The translations under genes were made by a program, and so were the position numbers. This document shows, piece after piece, positions 34,637-43,767 of a DNA stretch of 64,000 nt. Source of the stretch: Shigella phage vB_SboS_Gloob. The stretch lies in the sequence record OL615011. One strand, given 5' to 3'. The first letter of the stretch is position 1. Each line of letters opens with the position of its first letter. The notes under the pieces are model-generated. The model was given only the letters and a program-made list of their open reading frames with translations. It did no database searches and had not been told where the DNA came from.

Positions 34637-34648
34637 GGGGGTATTTAG
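34637..34648 (-). promoter_or_regulatory. late-promoter-like motif CCTAAATACCCCC within a 12-bp inverted repeat
   Basis: Promoter motif is one arm of the palindrome AAATACCCCCAT / ATGGGGGTATTT that also contains the first ATG. Confidence 0.45.
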
Positions 34649-34861
34649 GGGATCATGGCAGTTTGTAAACGAAGTTGGACCAGAACTTGCGAGCGAACTT
34701 CTTGGCATAGACCTTCCAGTCGGCGTATTCGCCCTCCTTCAGGTCATTGTAGGTCTCGAACCCTACTGCTCCCAAGAAGTACGCCGTGAAGATATAGCAG
34801 AACAGATTGACGACAAACATGATGTATCTCCGCTGTGTGAACTCAAATTATTTATGGTATG

Positions 34862-35284
34862 TTATAAAAGGCGCTTGGTCTTCGGCTTGCCCATTAGAGT
34901 GATGTCCACAGGGAGGCCAGTTTTCTTGCAACGGTTGATCATATCCAGAGTGCCAGTAGACGAGCCGTCCCACATCGCAATCGGATACACTTCCAGCCTG
35001 GTCTGCCTGACGAGTTCCAATGCCTTGTCTAACATGTCCTGATTGCGTTTGTTACCCATCCCTTTCCCATACCTTTCATAATAGCTCGGAGGGATTGGCA
35101 TAGGAGTGATATGAACATAATTGATTTCAGCCCAATCACGGCAAATCGTGTCGACACCCGTGGCCTCACCCTCGATCAACGTATAGACTTCATGAGGATC
35201 GAGAAGTTCGTCCAGCTTGGCGAATACCTTATCCCGCTCGGTGATTGAGCGGGAACCTGTAACGAGTACGATATACTTCTTCAT
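34862..35284 (-). CDS. SLOG-type Rossmann-like protein (YpsA/DprA-like, DUF2493-like)
   Basis: VLVTGSRS ... GEATGVDTICRDWA motif pattern; ORF track 34862..35329, start moved to MKKYIV. Confidence 0.4.
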   Translation of the reverse strand: MKKYIVLVTGSRSITERDKVFAKLDELLDPHEVYTLIEGEATGVDTICRDWAEINYVHITPMPIPPSYYERYGKGMGNKRNQDMLDKALELVRQTRLEVYPIAMWDGSSTGTLDMINRCKKTGLPVDITLMGKPKTKRLL

Positions 35285-35289
35285 AGAAC

Positions 35290-35634
35290 TCACAGCGCCC
35301 CAAGATTGCCGATGACATACAGGGAGCACAGAGGAGTGCCTGACGAACGGGGTTCGATTGTCATCCCGCTCAGGCGGATCAGTTCCAGTAAGCCGTCAGT
35401 GGTTTGATACGCGCGTGTCGAACCGTTCGGACGGTATAGCTCCAGCTCGGTTCGCCCTTCCTTTAATGCGTTACGAATGCGAGTGAACACACTGTGGCCG
35501 CCGAACTTCTGCTTCAGAAGGTCCAGCTTGGTGACCAGACGGCGCGATTTGCGCGGCTTACGCTTGTTTGGCTTTTCTAATTTGACGATGTGGGGGATCT
35601 CCACACGGTTGGTCATTTTGGTATCGCATGCCAT
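35290..35634 (-). CDS. hypothetical basic protein
   Basis: 114-aa ORF. Confidence 0.4.
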   Translation of the reverse strand: MACDTKMTNRVEIPHIVKLEKPNKRKPRKSRRLVTKLDLLKQKFGGHSVFTRIRNALKEGRTELELYRPNGSTRAYQTTDGLLELIRLSGMTIEPRSSGTPLCSLYVIGNLGAL

Positions 35635-35703
35635 GGTAAAGTCCTCTATTTGTAGGGGATAGGGTATGCGCTTAACATACCCCGTTCAAAGGTTTAGAAC
35701 AAA

Positions 35704-36012
35704 TCAAGAAAAATTGAACTTGTTGTCAACGAAGGTCAGGCGGGAGCATACTTCTTCAACTGCATCAACCATCATAAAATCTTTGAATGCTTCATGCAAG
35801 GCATTCAGGAAGGAAGCTGGGACTAAACCACAAGCCGGGTTGTCAAACAGAGCTGAAGCAACTACTGCGTTGTAAGTTGAATCAGGAGTAGCAGACTGGC
35901 ACAACATCATGGCTTCAGCGTTCTTTACCGCATGGTATTTAAAGGTGTTAACCACAGTGGTTTTGTTGGATTTTGCCAGTTGAGCTTCGAATTGTTCTTT
36001 GGTGATTGTCAT
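35704..36012 (-). CDS. hypothetical protein
   Basis: ORF track 35704..36033; same upstream cassette as the gene at 519..890. Confidence 0.5.
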   Translation of the reverse strand: MTITKEQFEAQLAKSNKTTVVNTFKYHAVKNAEAMMLCQSATPDSTYNAVVASALFDNPACGLVPASFLNALHEAFKDFMMVDAVEEVCSRLTFVDNKFNFS

Positions 36013-36059
36013 GATATAGTTCCTTCGCTTCAAGTTGGTATTGTGTTGCTTGTCCTTGA

Positions 36060-36087
36060 AGTATACGGGGTTTATTGAAGAAGTAAA
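36060..36087 (-). promoter_or_regulatory. sigma70-like promoter (TTTACT, 16 nt spacer, TATACT), copy 2 of a duplicated cassette
   Basis: Hexamers read on the minus strand; about 70 bp of similarity with the cassette at 893..982. Confidence 0.45.
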
Positions 36088-36112
36088 CCCCGTTTATTGA
36101 ATAAATTTAAAA

Positions 36113-36349
36113 TTATTTGAAGCGATCCGGAAGGGTGTCGTGAACCTCGGCGCTCAGCACCAGGTACTTGCCGTCTTTAGTGGGGAAGCAATAGTCTTTC
36201 TTGATGTGTCGCATGTGTTCAGCCGTGGCCGCCACGCAGTCTTCGGTCACATCAGTCTTCTCACCGACCCACATGCTGGTCTTGGTGTTCAGGGTGCCCT
36301 GGAAGATTGTCCCAGTGAGTGGGCTTGCGCCGATCTTTTTAATTCTCAT
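36113..36349 (-). CDS. hypothetical protein
   Basis: Start at the ATG preceded by GGGAGA; ATGA overlap with the upstream gene. Confidence 0.4.
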   Translation of the reverse strand: MRIKKIGASPLTGTIFQGTLNTKTSMWVGEKTDVTEDCVAATAEHMRHIKKDYCFPTKDGKYLVLSAEVHDTLPDRFK

Positions 36350-36723
36350 AATTTCTCCCAAGTCCAGGTTTGAGCTTTAGCCTTTCCGATGACAGGAATA
36401 TCCCGGTGCATATTCCGGAATGACCCAGTCTGATAGAAACTGATCTTCACCCGTTCATGGTTGACGCTCTGAGCCCACACATGATGGCCGTCTGGGTAAA
36501 ATTCACGTTCGTTACCGCCGTCTTTGGCCACCCGAGTTACGACATAAGTGTCGATCAGATAATCGAATACCGTGTTAGAATCCGGGGTGGCTTCGCCCTG
36601 GCTTGTGGTCCAATCACCAACGCAATTTGAGTAAAGAAGATGATTCGGAACCTCAGTCAGGACAGTCATTCCTTCTTTGATTTCGAACACATCACCAACT
36701 TGAAGCAGGGGTAAATTGCTCAT
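36346..36723 (-). CDS. hypothetical protein
   Basis: 125-aa ORF. Confidence 0.45.
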   Translation of the reverse strand: MSNLPLLQVGDVFEIKEGMTVLTEVPNHLLYSNCVGDWTTSQGEATPDSNTVFDYLIDTYVVTRVAKDGGNEREFYPDGHHVWAQSVNHERVKISFYQTGSFRNMHRDIPVIGKAKAQTWTWEKL

Positions 36724-36731
36724 AACAGACC

Positions 36732-37172
36732 TCAGCTAATGCGGAACAGATGTGGATAACCACCAGGATGGCCCTGACCCGTAACGAACACATCGAACTT
36801 AGATCCTTTGATCAGGCCGGGGAGATTACCAGAGTCCAGCAGTTCGCGGATCTGATCCATCGCCAGCATCCAGTTCTTAGCAGGTTCAGCTTCAGCCTCT
36901 CCACGATTGAGGACGAGTTCACCTTCAGAATAATACTTCCCGCTGTCTTTCATATAGTACAGCTTGATATGGATGTACTGAGGGGACGGGACCAAACGCC
37001 AGCCATCGTCAATCAGATCCTGGCGATCATTATCCAGGGACTGGTAATCGATCTCACCAGACGCCAGACCATAGCTGCGCATGTAGCGGAACTTCTCAAC
37101 ACGGTCTTTTACGTCAGAGATGAAGAACTCCTTCGTGGCAGGACTGATGAAAATGTATTTCTCTTTTGACAT
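36732..37172 (-). CDS. hypothetical protein
   Basis: ORF track 36732..37193; start moved to the ATG preceded by AGGAAGG and CTATATC. Confidence 0.5.
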   Translation of the reverse strand: MSKEKYIFISPATKEFFISDVKDRVEKFRYMRSYGLASGEIDYQSLDNDRQDLIDDGWRLVPSPQYIHIKLYYMKDSGKYYSEGELVLNRGEAEAEPAKNWMLAMDQIRELLDSGNLPGLIKGSKFDVFVTGQGHPGGYPHLFRIS

Positions 37173-37189
37173 GATATAGATCCTTCCTT

Positions 37190-37414
37190 TCAAAGAATGA
37201 TGTGTTCGTCGATATCGGACTGCGTTGCAATCTCCCAGCGGACGACATTTTCGGTTGTGATGAAATCACGGTTCAGGTGAGAGGCTGGCACATACACCAT
37301 CGTGTCGACCATGAAGTAACGCTGCTCGTTGTTCCAGGAGTCAACATAAGCCTCAATAAGGCATACTTCGATCACTTCGCCTTTCGGCTTCTTCACAGTC
37401 TTTTTCAGGTACAT
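37190..37414 (-). CDS. hypothetical small protein
   Basis: Start at the ATG preceded by GAGGG. Confidence 0.4.
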   Translation of the reverse strand: MYLKKTVKKPKGEVIEVCLIEAYVDSWNNEQRYFMVDTMVYVPASHLNRDFITTENVVRWEIATQSDIDEHIIL

Positions 37415-37474
37415 GGCACAGCCCTCGGATAGTAGACGGGGCAATAATACCTCTCGCCCCGTTATTGAAAACTG

Positions 37475-37675
37475 TTATCCTTCTTGTTCTTCCCAACCCC
37501 ATTCATCTTCCCAAGACTGGCGAGGGGTCTTGCCCGCTTCGTAATCATCACGCCAGGCGTCGGCGTCGGCGGCCGAACCACCCTGACTTTTCGCGACTTT
37601 GCACAATACGTCGTGCCACTCACGGAAAGTGGAGTTGGCGACTGTGGTGTTTACAGAATCTTCTTTCAGGCTCAT
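37475..37675 (-). CDS. hypothetical small acidic protein
   Basis: Start at the ATG preceded by GAGGAA. Confidence 0.4.
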   Translation of the reverse strand: MSLKEDSVNTTVANSTFREWHDVLCKVAKSQGGSAADADAWRDDYEAGKTPRQSWEDEWGWEEQEG

Positions 37676-37734
37676 TGTGATTTCCTCGATTAATAGAGAG
37701 GGTATTATTACCCTCATGCAATCTTTGAAACTCT

Positions 37735-38067
37735 TTATCCAGCCAAAGTCATATTCTGGGAACCAACCCCATCTTCACATTCTGGATGACATGAAGTGCC
37801 CAGTTTTTCATGGATTACATCCAGATGGGTAAAGATAGCGTCGATGATATCGTCTTGGTCAGACTGGACGTCAATCACCAAGCCGACCAGACCAGGCGCG
37901 GCCATTTCTTTATCTTCACCTTTCTGAGCGGTTGGGTAATCACCGTCGAGTTGGATACGGATGTTTCTGATATTGGTGAGGAGGTTGCACAAACGCTCTT
38001 TATGAGAACGAGCATTGACCAAGATTTGGGACACGGATTGTGTTGGTGATACGAGGTTACTTGACAT
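37735..38067 (-). CDS. hypothetical protein
   Basis: Start at the ATG preceded by AGGAG. Confidence 0.4.
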   Translation of the reverse strand: MSSNLVSPTQSVSQILVNARSHKERLCNLLTNIRNIRIQLDGDYPTAQKGEDKEMAAPGLVGLVIDVQSDQDDIIDAIFTHLDVIHEKLGTSCHPECEDGVGSQNMTLAG

Positions 38068-38159
38068 GATTTGTACTCCTGTTGTATGGTTGACTGTACA
38101 AGCATACAACAGGCAGGTGTATTGAACAACGCGGGTATTAAATCGACACGATAAAGGAA

Positions 38160-38387
38160 TTAACTCGGAATGTGCCTAGCGATCTTCTTGTTGATGTCGT
38201 CTAGCAGAATATTCATCGTATCTTTGTAGACCTCTACAGCCAATATCGATTTGGAATTCATGAATGAGCTGAAGATACCAGATTTCAAACGCCTCAACTC
38301 CTTTTCCGCTTCTTCAATCTGTCTCATGATGTATTTCTTCGCGCCCTGTAGCTCTATAGCACGGATGTCTATTTCTTTATCGTTCAT
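38160..38387 (-). CDS. hypothetical small coiled-coil protein
   Basis: Start at the ATG preceded by GGAGG. Confidence 0.4.
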   Translation of the reverse strand: MNDKEIDIRAIELQGAKKYIMRQIEEAEKELRRLKSGIFSSFMNSKSILAVEVYKDTMNILLDDINKKIARHIPS

Positions 38388-38440
38388 GATGGCCTCCAAT
38401 TAGTTTGGCACATCATATAGCGAATCCCCATAATGAAAAA

Positions 38441-38456
38441 CCCCGCCGAAGCGGGG
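38441..38456 (-). terminator. rho-independent terminator downstream of the major capsid gene
   Basis: ccccgccgaagcgggg stem flanked by an A-run and a T-run. Confidence 0.6.
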
Positions 38457-38479
38457 TTTTGTAGGACCAGCCTGTTAGA

Positions 38480-39811
38480 TTAGAACAGACCTTTGATCAG
38501 ACCTTTACGGAAGTAAGGGTTGCTGTCCTGAGCGATACCATCGGCAGTCACGTAAACCTGTGGGTCCTGGTTCGCTGGGATCTGTACGAATGGGTTCGCG
38601 CAGATGCCGTAACGAGTTTTGAACGCCATACGTGGGCTGAAGGTGGTTTCACCCTGGGTGCGGTACATTTCCAGCGGCACATACGGCGCGAAGAAGATAC
38701 CAGCATCCAGCGCGGTTGCGCCTTTGTACGCCAGGGTGATGTATTCAGCAACCGCATACGGGTCGATGTATACACGCATACCGTTGGACAGTACACCAGC
38801 GAAGGTCTGGCCAGTTGGGTCGATCGCCAGCTTGGTGTTTTCCTGCAGCGCCGGAGCGTAATCCAGCATGCCGGACATTGCCAGAGCGGATGCTACGTTC
38901 GGAGAACACAGAACACGGTTGCCTTTACCACGACGGGTGTCAACACCGATGCCGTTCGCTTCAACTTCCAGCATGAAAGTCATGTACTTCCATTTTTCCA
39001 GCGCCCAACGACCGGAGATGTCGGTGGAGATGTCTACAACGCCGTTTGCGCCGAATTTTTTGAAGCGTACTGCACTGAAGTTCATGGTACGGATGAACTC
39101 ACGGTTCATTTCCGCCTGAATTTCAGTTACCATCACGTCGGACAGGATGCTGTCAACGTCTTCGCCGTGGATCGCCATCATGTCCTGGCGCAGTTCATGG
39201 CTGTAGTCAGCGTACAGGCCACGAGACTTCGCAGTCACGGTTGCTTTCTGAACGGTGATACCAACACGCGCCCATGGGTTGGTGGTGGTGCCCAGCAGTT
39301 CAGCGTCGGTGGTTGGCATGCCTTTACCGATGGTGGTCACGCCAGCGCCGGAACCTTCGATCTCGGCCTGAGTAAAGCCAGATGGATCGCCAGCCTGTAC
39401 AGTACCGTCACCAGAGTAGCCGGAATCAGCTTCCTGCATGAACAGTTCTTTACGGGACTGTTGGGTGTTGGATGAGTCGCCGACGCCCTGGCGAGCACGC
39501 AGAGCAAAGATCTGACCGTCAGGACCAGACAGCGGCTGTACGCCGAAGAAGTCCATCGCGATGTTGATCGGAGCCAGACGTTTTGCCATGTCGATCAGGA
39601 CTGGCTGCCATTTGCCCACAGAGTTGTTCACAGAACCAGGAGCGTCAGATTCGCCCAGGTTTTTGGCGTTCCACTCAGCCTGGTTTTGCAGCAGGCGGAC
39701 AGCAACGTTTTCGGCAGAAAGCGGCTGGATACTTTCAGATTCTTTCTGAAGAACTGGCAGCCACTGCTCGCGCATTTGTTCGGTAACAAGTTTCTTAGCC
39801 ATGATGGTCAT
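38480..39811 (-). CDS. 23: major capsid protein (T4 gp23-like)
   Basis: Strong C-terminal collinearity with T4 gp23 (FAGVL...RVYIDPYA, YKG...DAGIFFAPYV, KTRYGI.ANPF). Confidence 0.92.
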   Translation of the reverse strand: MTIMAKKLVTEQMREQWLPVLQKESESIQPLSAENVAVRLLQNQAEWNAKNLGESDAPGSVNNSVGKWQPVLIDMAKRLAPINIAMDFFGVQPLSGPDGQIFALRARQGVGDSSNTQQSRKELFMQEADSGYSGDGTVQAGDPSGFTQAEIEGSGAGVTTIGKGMPTTDAELLGTTTNPWARVGITVQKATVTAKSRGLYADYSHELRQDMMAIHGEDVDSILSDVMVTEIQAEMNREFIRTMNFSAVRFKKFGANGVVDISTDISGRWALEKWKYMTFMLEVEANGIGVDTRRGKGNRVLCSPNVASALAMSGMLDYAPALQENTKLAIDPTGQTFAGVLSNGMRVYIDPYAVAEYITLAYKGATALDAGIFFAPYVPLEMYRTQGETTFSPRMAFKTRYGICANPFVQIPANQDPQVYVTADGIAQDSNPYFRKGLIKGLF

Positions 39812-39893
39812 TCCTTACATTGATATTCAGTTAAGTTGAAATTACTTAGTAGTTCAAAATCAAGCCCCCTTTCGAGGGCTGTGGCTGCTAAAA

Positions 39894-40766
39894 TTAGCCG
39901 TTGATGCCGAAGCGACGATTATAGTCGGCCAACTGACGCTTGATAGATTCTTTCAGCTCTTTGTCTGTTTCATCTTCATCGTCTTTGCCATCATCGTCGC
40001 CATCATCGCCTTCTTTCTTAGACTTTTTGCCTTCGTCGACTTTGTCTTTGTCGCCTTTGTTGTCGTCGTCACCGTCTTTGCCGCCGACTTTGTCCTGGAA
40101 GTCGTCATCGTCATCGCCTTCTTTCTTAGCAGACTTACCTTCTACCAGGTTGCGGAAGGTGTGTACGCGGGAAGCGAATTCGCTTTCGGTGGTGAACTGC
40201 ACCGCTTCCAGCAGATTGACAACCGTTGCTTTCTTGGTGTCGACCATGCCTTCACAGATACGGGCGATCACAGAGTCGCGCAGAGTCGCATTCGCGGCTT
40301 CTTTGATTTGACGGTTTTCGCTTTCAGCAGCCGCAGCGCGTTGTTCTGCTTCGGTCAGGCGGGCAGTCAGCGCAGCGATCTGGCCGTTTTCGTCAGTCGC
40401 AAAGTTGATACCAGCTTCTTTCAGAACGCCAGTCAGGCCAGTCAGCAGGTTTTCAGCTGCTTCACGCTTGATCTGAGCATCGATTGCAGGAGCGTTGGTG
40501 TTAGCCCACTCTTCTACAACAGCGTTCAGGAAGCTGTCAACTTTGGTTGCGATCTCCATCAAGTGAGACTCTTTCAGCTGAGCAATCTCAGACTGATGAG
40601 CTTCAACCAGACGCAGGCGCTCGACGTTGGCAGCGTTTTCGGTTTCTTGAATAGCGGTCAGGCGAGCGGCTTCTACTTTAGATTCCAGCAGGCCAGACAC
40701 TTTATCCAGGAAGTCGGGGCTGAGGCCGTTAACGCCCTCAAACAGTTTTTGCAATTCAGGTTTCAT
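39894..40766 (-). CDS. 22: prohead scaffold protein (T4 gp22-like)
   Basis: Coiled-coil protein with acidic C-terminal tail, located between the protease and major capsid genes. Confidence 0.7.
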   Translation of the reverse strand: MKPELQKLFEGVNGLSPDFLDKVSGLLESKVEAARLTAIQETENAANVERLRLVEAHQSEIAQLKESHLMEIATKVDSFLNAVVEEWANTNAPAIDAQIKREAAENLLTGLTGVLKEAGINFATDENGQIAALTARLTEAEQRAAAAESENRQIKEAANATLRDSVIARICEGMVDTKKATVVNLLEAVQFTTESEFASRVHTFRNLVEGKSAKKEGDDDDDFQDKVGGKDGDDDNKGDKDKVDEGKKSKKEGDDGDDDGKDDEDETDKELKESIKRQLADYNRRFGING

Positions 40767-40790
40767 GATTGTTTCCTTCTGAACGATTTT

Positions 40791-40802
40791 CAGTATTTAG
40801 TG
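40791..40802 (-). promoter_or_regulatory. late-promoter-like motif CACTAAATACTG upstream of the scaffold gene
   Basis: Read on the minus strand in the protease-scaffold intergenic region. Confidence 0.45.
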
Positions 40803-40811
40803 AGGCTGAAT

Positions 40812-41480
40812 TCAGCCCAGATGTCTCAATGCGATATCGAGGCGGCGCAGGAAGTCGTCTTCGAACTGAATATTGGTTTTCACCAATGAATCGACCACTT
40901 GCCCTTTGATGTCTTTAGGAACCCAAATCCCCGAAGATTCATCAAGCTGCCATTCAACAGATTCGCTCACAGCCTTTACATAACAAACTTGTCCAGAAGG
41001 ACGGTCGACTGCATCAACAGCAGTGAGCATAAAGCCAGGTTGAACGTCGTCATAACCGTTCACCGACTTGGTCTCACCAAGGCCACGTGTAGACACGGCC
41101 AAGTTGAAGTCTGCTTCAGCCAGAGCACGAATGATCTGGCCTTTTGGTGTATTTAGCACACGCGCTCGACCGATTGCGTTTGTACCCTCCCAACGGAGGC
41201 TCTCGGTCTTCAGCGCAGCTTCAGCAATATCTGGGAAAGGGTAGTCGGGATGTTTGAGTTCACCGATTGCGCGACGATCCTGAACATACTCTTTGTCATA
41301 TGCTTCGACAGCTGGTATGCCCACTTTCTGGAGATCGTAGTTGCGTCCATTACGGTTCACCTGATTACACATCACGAATGGACCTTCGATGAACATAGCC
41401 TTACCCCCGGTGGAGGTCGTGCTTTCACCAATTTGGAGGTCTTTCCCTATCGCCGTGATCTCACGCAACAGTTTCATCAT
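40812..41480 (-). CDS. 21: prohead protease (T4 gp21-like)
   Basis: Collinear with T4 gp21 (NRNGRNY, GELKHPDY, AVSTRGLGE, AVDRPSG). Confidence 0.9.
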   Translation of the reverse strand: MMKLLREITAIGKDLQIGESTTSTGGKAMFIEGPFVMCNQVNRNGRNYDLQKVGIPAVEAYDKEYVQDRRAIGELKHPDYPFPDIAEAALKTESLRWEGTNAIGRARVLNTPKGQIIRALAEADFNLAVSTRGLGETKSVNGYDDVQPGFMLTAVDAVDRPSGQVCYVKAVSESVEWQLDESSGIWVPKDIKGQVVDSLVKTNIQFEDDFLRRLDIALRHLG

Positions 41481-41487
41481 TCGCTCC

Positions 41488-41793
41488 TTAACTCAGTCCC
41501 ATCATTTTGCGGAACTTCATCGCTTTCTTCTTACGACGCTCAATCTTGCGACTGTAGCCCATACCCATGCGTTTCTTGGCTCGGATTGCCTTGCGGTTGC
41601 CCAGCTTGCGGGTACGGCGCTCACTGGCGACCATAACCTCACAACGAGAACCATCCGCAGACAGTTTGAAACCAGGAGCGCACTGCAGGCGACGGCGGCG
41701 TTTACCTTTTGCATTCACCTTGTCAATGACTTTCTGCTCGTCCATGCGGGAAGCCAGGAAATCAGCGAATGTTGCAACTTCTTCGATTTCCAT
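41488..41793 (-). CDS. small highly basic protein, possible prohead core/internal protein
   Basis: Arg/Lys-rich 101 aa; sits between the portal and protease genes where T4 has gp67/gp68. Confidence 0.3.
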   Translation of the reverse strand: MEIEEVATFADFLASRMDEQKVIDKVNAKGKRRRRLQCAPGFKLSADGSRCEVMVASERRTRKLGNRKAIRAKKRMGMGYSRKIERRKKKAMKFRKMMGLS

Positions 41794-41803
41794 GATGCTC
41801 TCC

Positions 41804-41974
41804 TTATTCGTCTTGCGCAGGAGACATGTCTTGACTCAGAGAGTTCATGACATATGCGGTGCCCTGTTGAACGAGTTCCTGGGCGCGAGCGGACAGTTCA
41901 GTTTGACATTCAGCAACAGCAGCATCGGTGTCACCAGCGATGATTGCTTTTACCAGATCGATAGCGGCCATGTT
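41804..41974 (-). CDS. small acidic protein, possible prohead core component
   Basis: Short ORF; start moved to an internal ATG preceded by GAGGA; coordinates approximate. Confidence 0.3.
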   Translation of the reverse strand, partial: NMAAIDLVKAIIAGDTDAAVAECQTELSARAQELVQQGTAYVMNSLSQDMSPAQDE

Positions 41975-42008
41975 CATATCCTCTAAATGTTTTCTATACT
42001 TAGTCGAA

Positions 42009-43700
42009 TTATTCTTCACCACCAGGAGGGTTAGTCGCTGGGATGACGTTAGGTCTGAATTTCAGTGGGCTGACTTCACCGCCGCCGAAGCCGCCTGATT
42101 CATCTGCCTGCACTTCAGGATATTTGCCTTCTTTCTTCTCTTGCGCGATCTTCTCTTGCTGATCTTTGATGTCTTCGTCAGACATACGCAGCAGATTGCG
42201 CTGAGCAAAATCGATAGAGAACAGGGTGCCAATGTACGGTTCGATCTGACCAAGAGCAGACATGCGTTGTGCCAGGATTTCGTTTTCCTGCTGCTCACGA
42301 ATGAAGCTGTCAGATGTAAATTCGAACTTGACAAACGGCTTGATCTTTTCGTTCCAATCAGTCTGGTCAGTGATGTTCTTCAGGATCAGCTGGCGACGAA
42401 GAAGTTCAAGGAAGAATCCTGAATAACGACGGCGCAGGCCTGCGCAGAATTTGTTGAAGCGCAGTTCTTCCTGGGTGATTTCGGCAAGATTGGAACCACC
42501 GATGTTGATGGAACCTTCCTCTTGGAGGCGGCTCTTAGGGATCATCAGAGCCTCGTAGAGCTTCTCGCGGAAGTATACCACATGATCCATTTGACCCAGT
42601 TGATCGCCGCCACCTACGTTGGATATCTCCGTTGCGTTCTGCCCTTCGCGGCGCGGCAACCAGTAGTCTTCAGCGATACCCATCAGATGGGTGTTGCCTG
42701 CTACTTTACCAGTGGTGCGATCATACGCCAGACGGTTCTTGAATTTACCCATCATCGCCTGCATATACTCTTCCGCAGACTTCTTACCCAGAGTACCCAC
42801 GTCGAGATAGAACGCTCGCTTCTCTGGGGCACGCGTGATGGCGTAGATGACCGTCGCATCCTCAGTTGTAACGAGGTTGTTCAGGGGACGGATAGCAGGG
42901 TTCAACAAGCCTGGGATAACCCCATTGGCCAACGGATCTTCACCACTGTCGATGTAGACAACGCTTTCTTCATCAAACACCAGTTCCTGCTGTGACGGCT
43001 GGAAGTTCTGAGACGTGCCCGATTGCCCAGTAAACTGATTGCGGTTGTAGTTCGGGTTGTAGTAGTATTGAAGTTTGACTTCTCCAATTACCTCGATACC
43101 GTCGCGAACTTCTTTCTTCACGATGTATACAGGGCGGATGCAGCGCGAATCCAGCATCACCAGTTTGGCAATACCACCTTTCTTGTTCTTTGGATCTACG
43201 ACAACATGGTATGCTTGACGACCTTCTACATACCAACGACGGATCTTTTGATATGCGGTGTTATTGAAGTCCATGAGTTCAAGAACTTCCTTGAAGGCAT
43301 CATTGATCTTTTCTTTGATGGAGTCGTCGATGCCTTCAACCTTTTCCAGATTGATTGTGACAGGAGTCTCATCCTCTTCACAGGTGACGACGTCGTTCAC
43401 GATAATATCGACAGCCTTACGGATCTCAGGTTGCTGAGCCATAGACTGATATTCTTCGACGACTTGTTTGACGCTGAGTAGTTCACTCTCAACGCCTACG
43501 AAATTGAATGTGTTGGCACCGCCCTGCAAGATGATAGAACCATCCTGAGCATCGTCCAGCGCAACAACAGCCGCTTTTGAAAGCAACTTCTCTTCTTGGT
43601 TCGTTACCAGTTTGTCGGTGTCTACCGGGGCTTCAATCTTCCCGCCAGTACCGAACAGACCGAAGAACCCGTTACCGAATGCACCATTACCGAATGCCAT
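42009..43700 (-). CDS. 20: portal protein (T4 gp20-like)
   Basis: Size and position between the tail tube and prohead genes as in T4. Confidence 0.8.
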   Translation of the reverse strand: MAFGNGAFGNGFFGLFGTGGKIEAPVDTDKLVTNQEEKLLSKAAVVALDDAQDGSIILQGGANTFNFVGVESELLSVKQVVEEYQSMAQQPEIRKAVDIIVNDVVTCEEDETPVTINLEKVEGIDDSIKEKINDAFKEVLELMDFNNTAYQKIRRWYVEGRQAYHVVVDPKNKKGGIAKLVMLDSRCIRPVYIVKKEVRDGIEVIGEVKLQYYYNPNYNRNQFTGQSGTSQNFQPSQQELVFDEESVVYIDSGEDPLANGVIPGLLNPAIRPLNNLVTTEDATVIYAITRAPEKRAFYLDVGTLGKKSAEEYMQAMMGKFKNRLAYDRTTGKVAGNTHLMGIAEDYWLPRREGQNATEISNVGGGDQLGQMDHVVYFREKLYEALMIPKSRLQEEGSINIGGSNLAEITQEELRFNKFCAGLRRRYSGFFLELLRRQLILKNITDQTDWNEKIKPFVKFEFTSDSFIREQQENEILAQRMSALGQIEPYIGTLFSIDFAQRNLLRMSDEDIKDQQEKIAQEKKEGKYPEVQADESGGFGGGEVSPLKFRPNVIPATNPPGGEE

Positions 43701-43730
43701 GATTAAGTCCTCAACATTTTCTTGTAATTA

Positions 43731-43759
43731 GTGCTGGGGGAATAAGATTCCCCCAGCAC
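43731..43759 (-). terminator. hairpin between the tail tube and portal genes
   Basis: gtgctgggggaataagattcccccagcac stem-loop; no clear T-run. Confidence 0.35.
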
Positions 43760-43767
43760 TGAGGACA

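Noticed and set aside
40805-40818. Palindrome GGCTGAATTCAGCC as an intrinsic terminator
   Set aside because: It overlaps the prohead protease stop codon and has no T-run; more likely incidental (it contains an EcoRI-type site) or part of the adjacent promoter region
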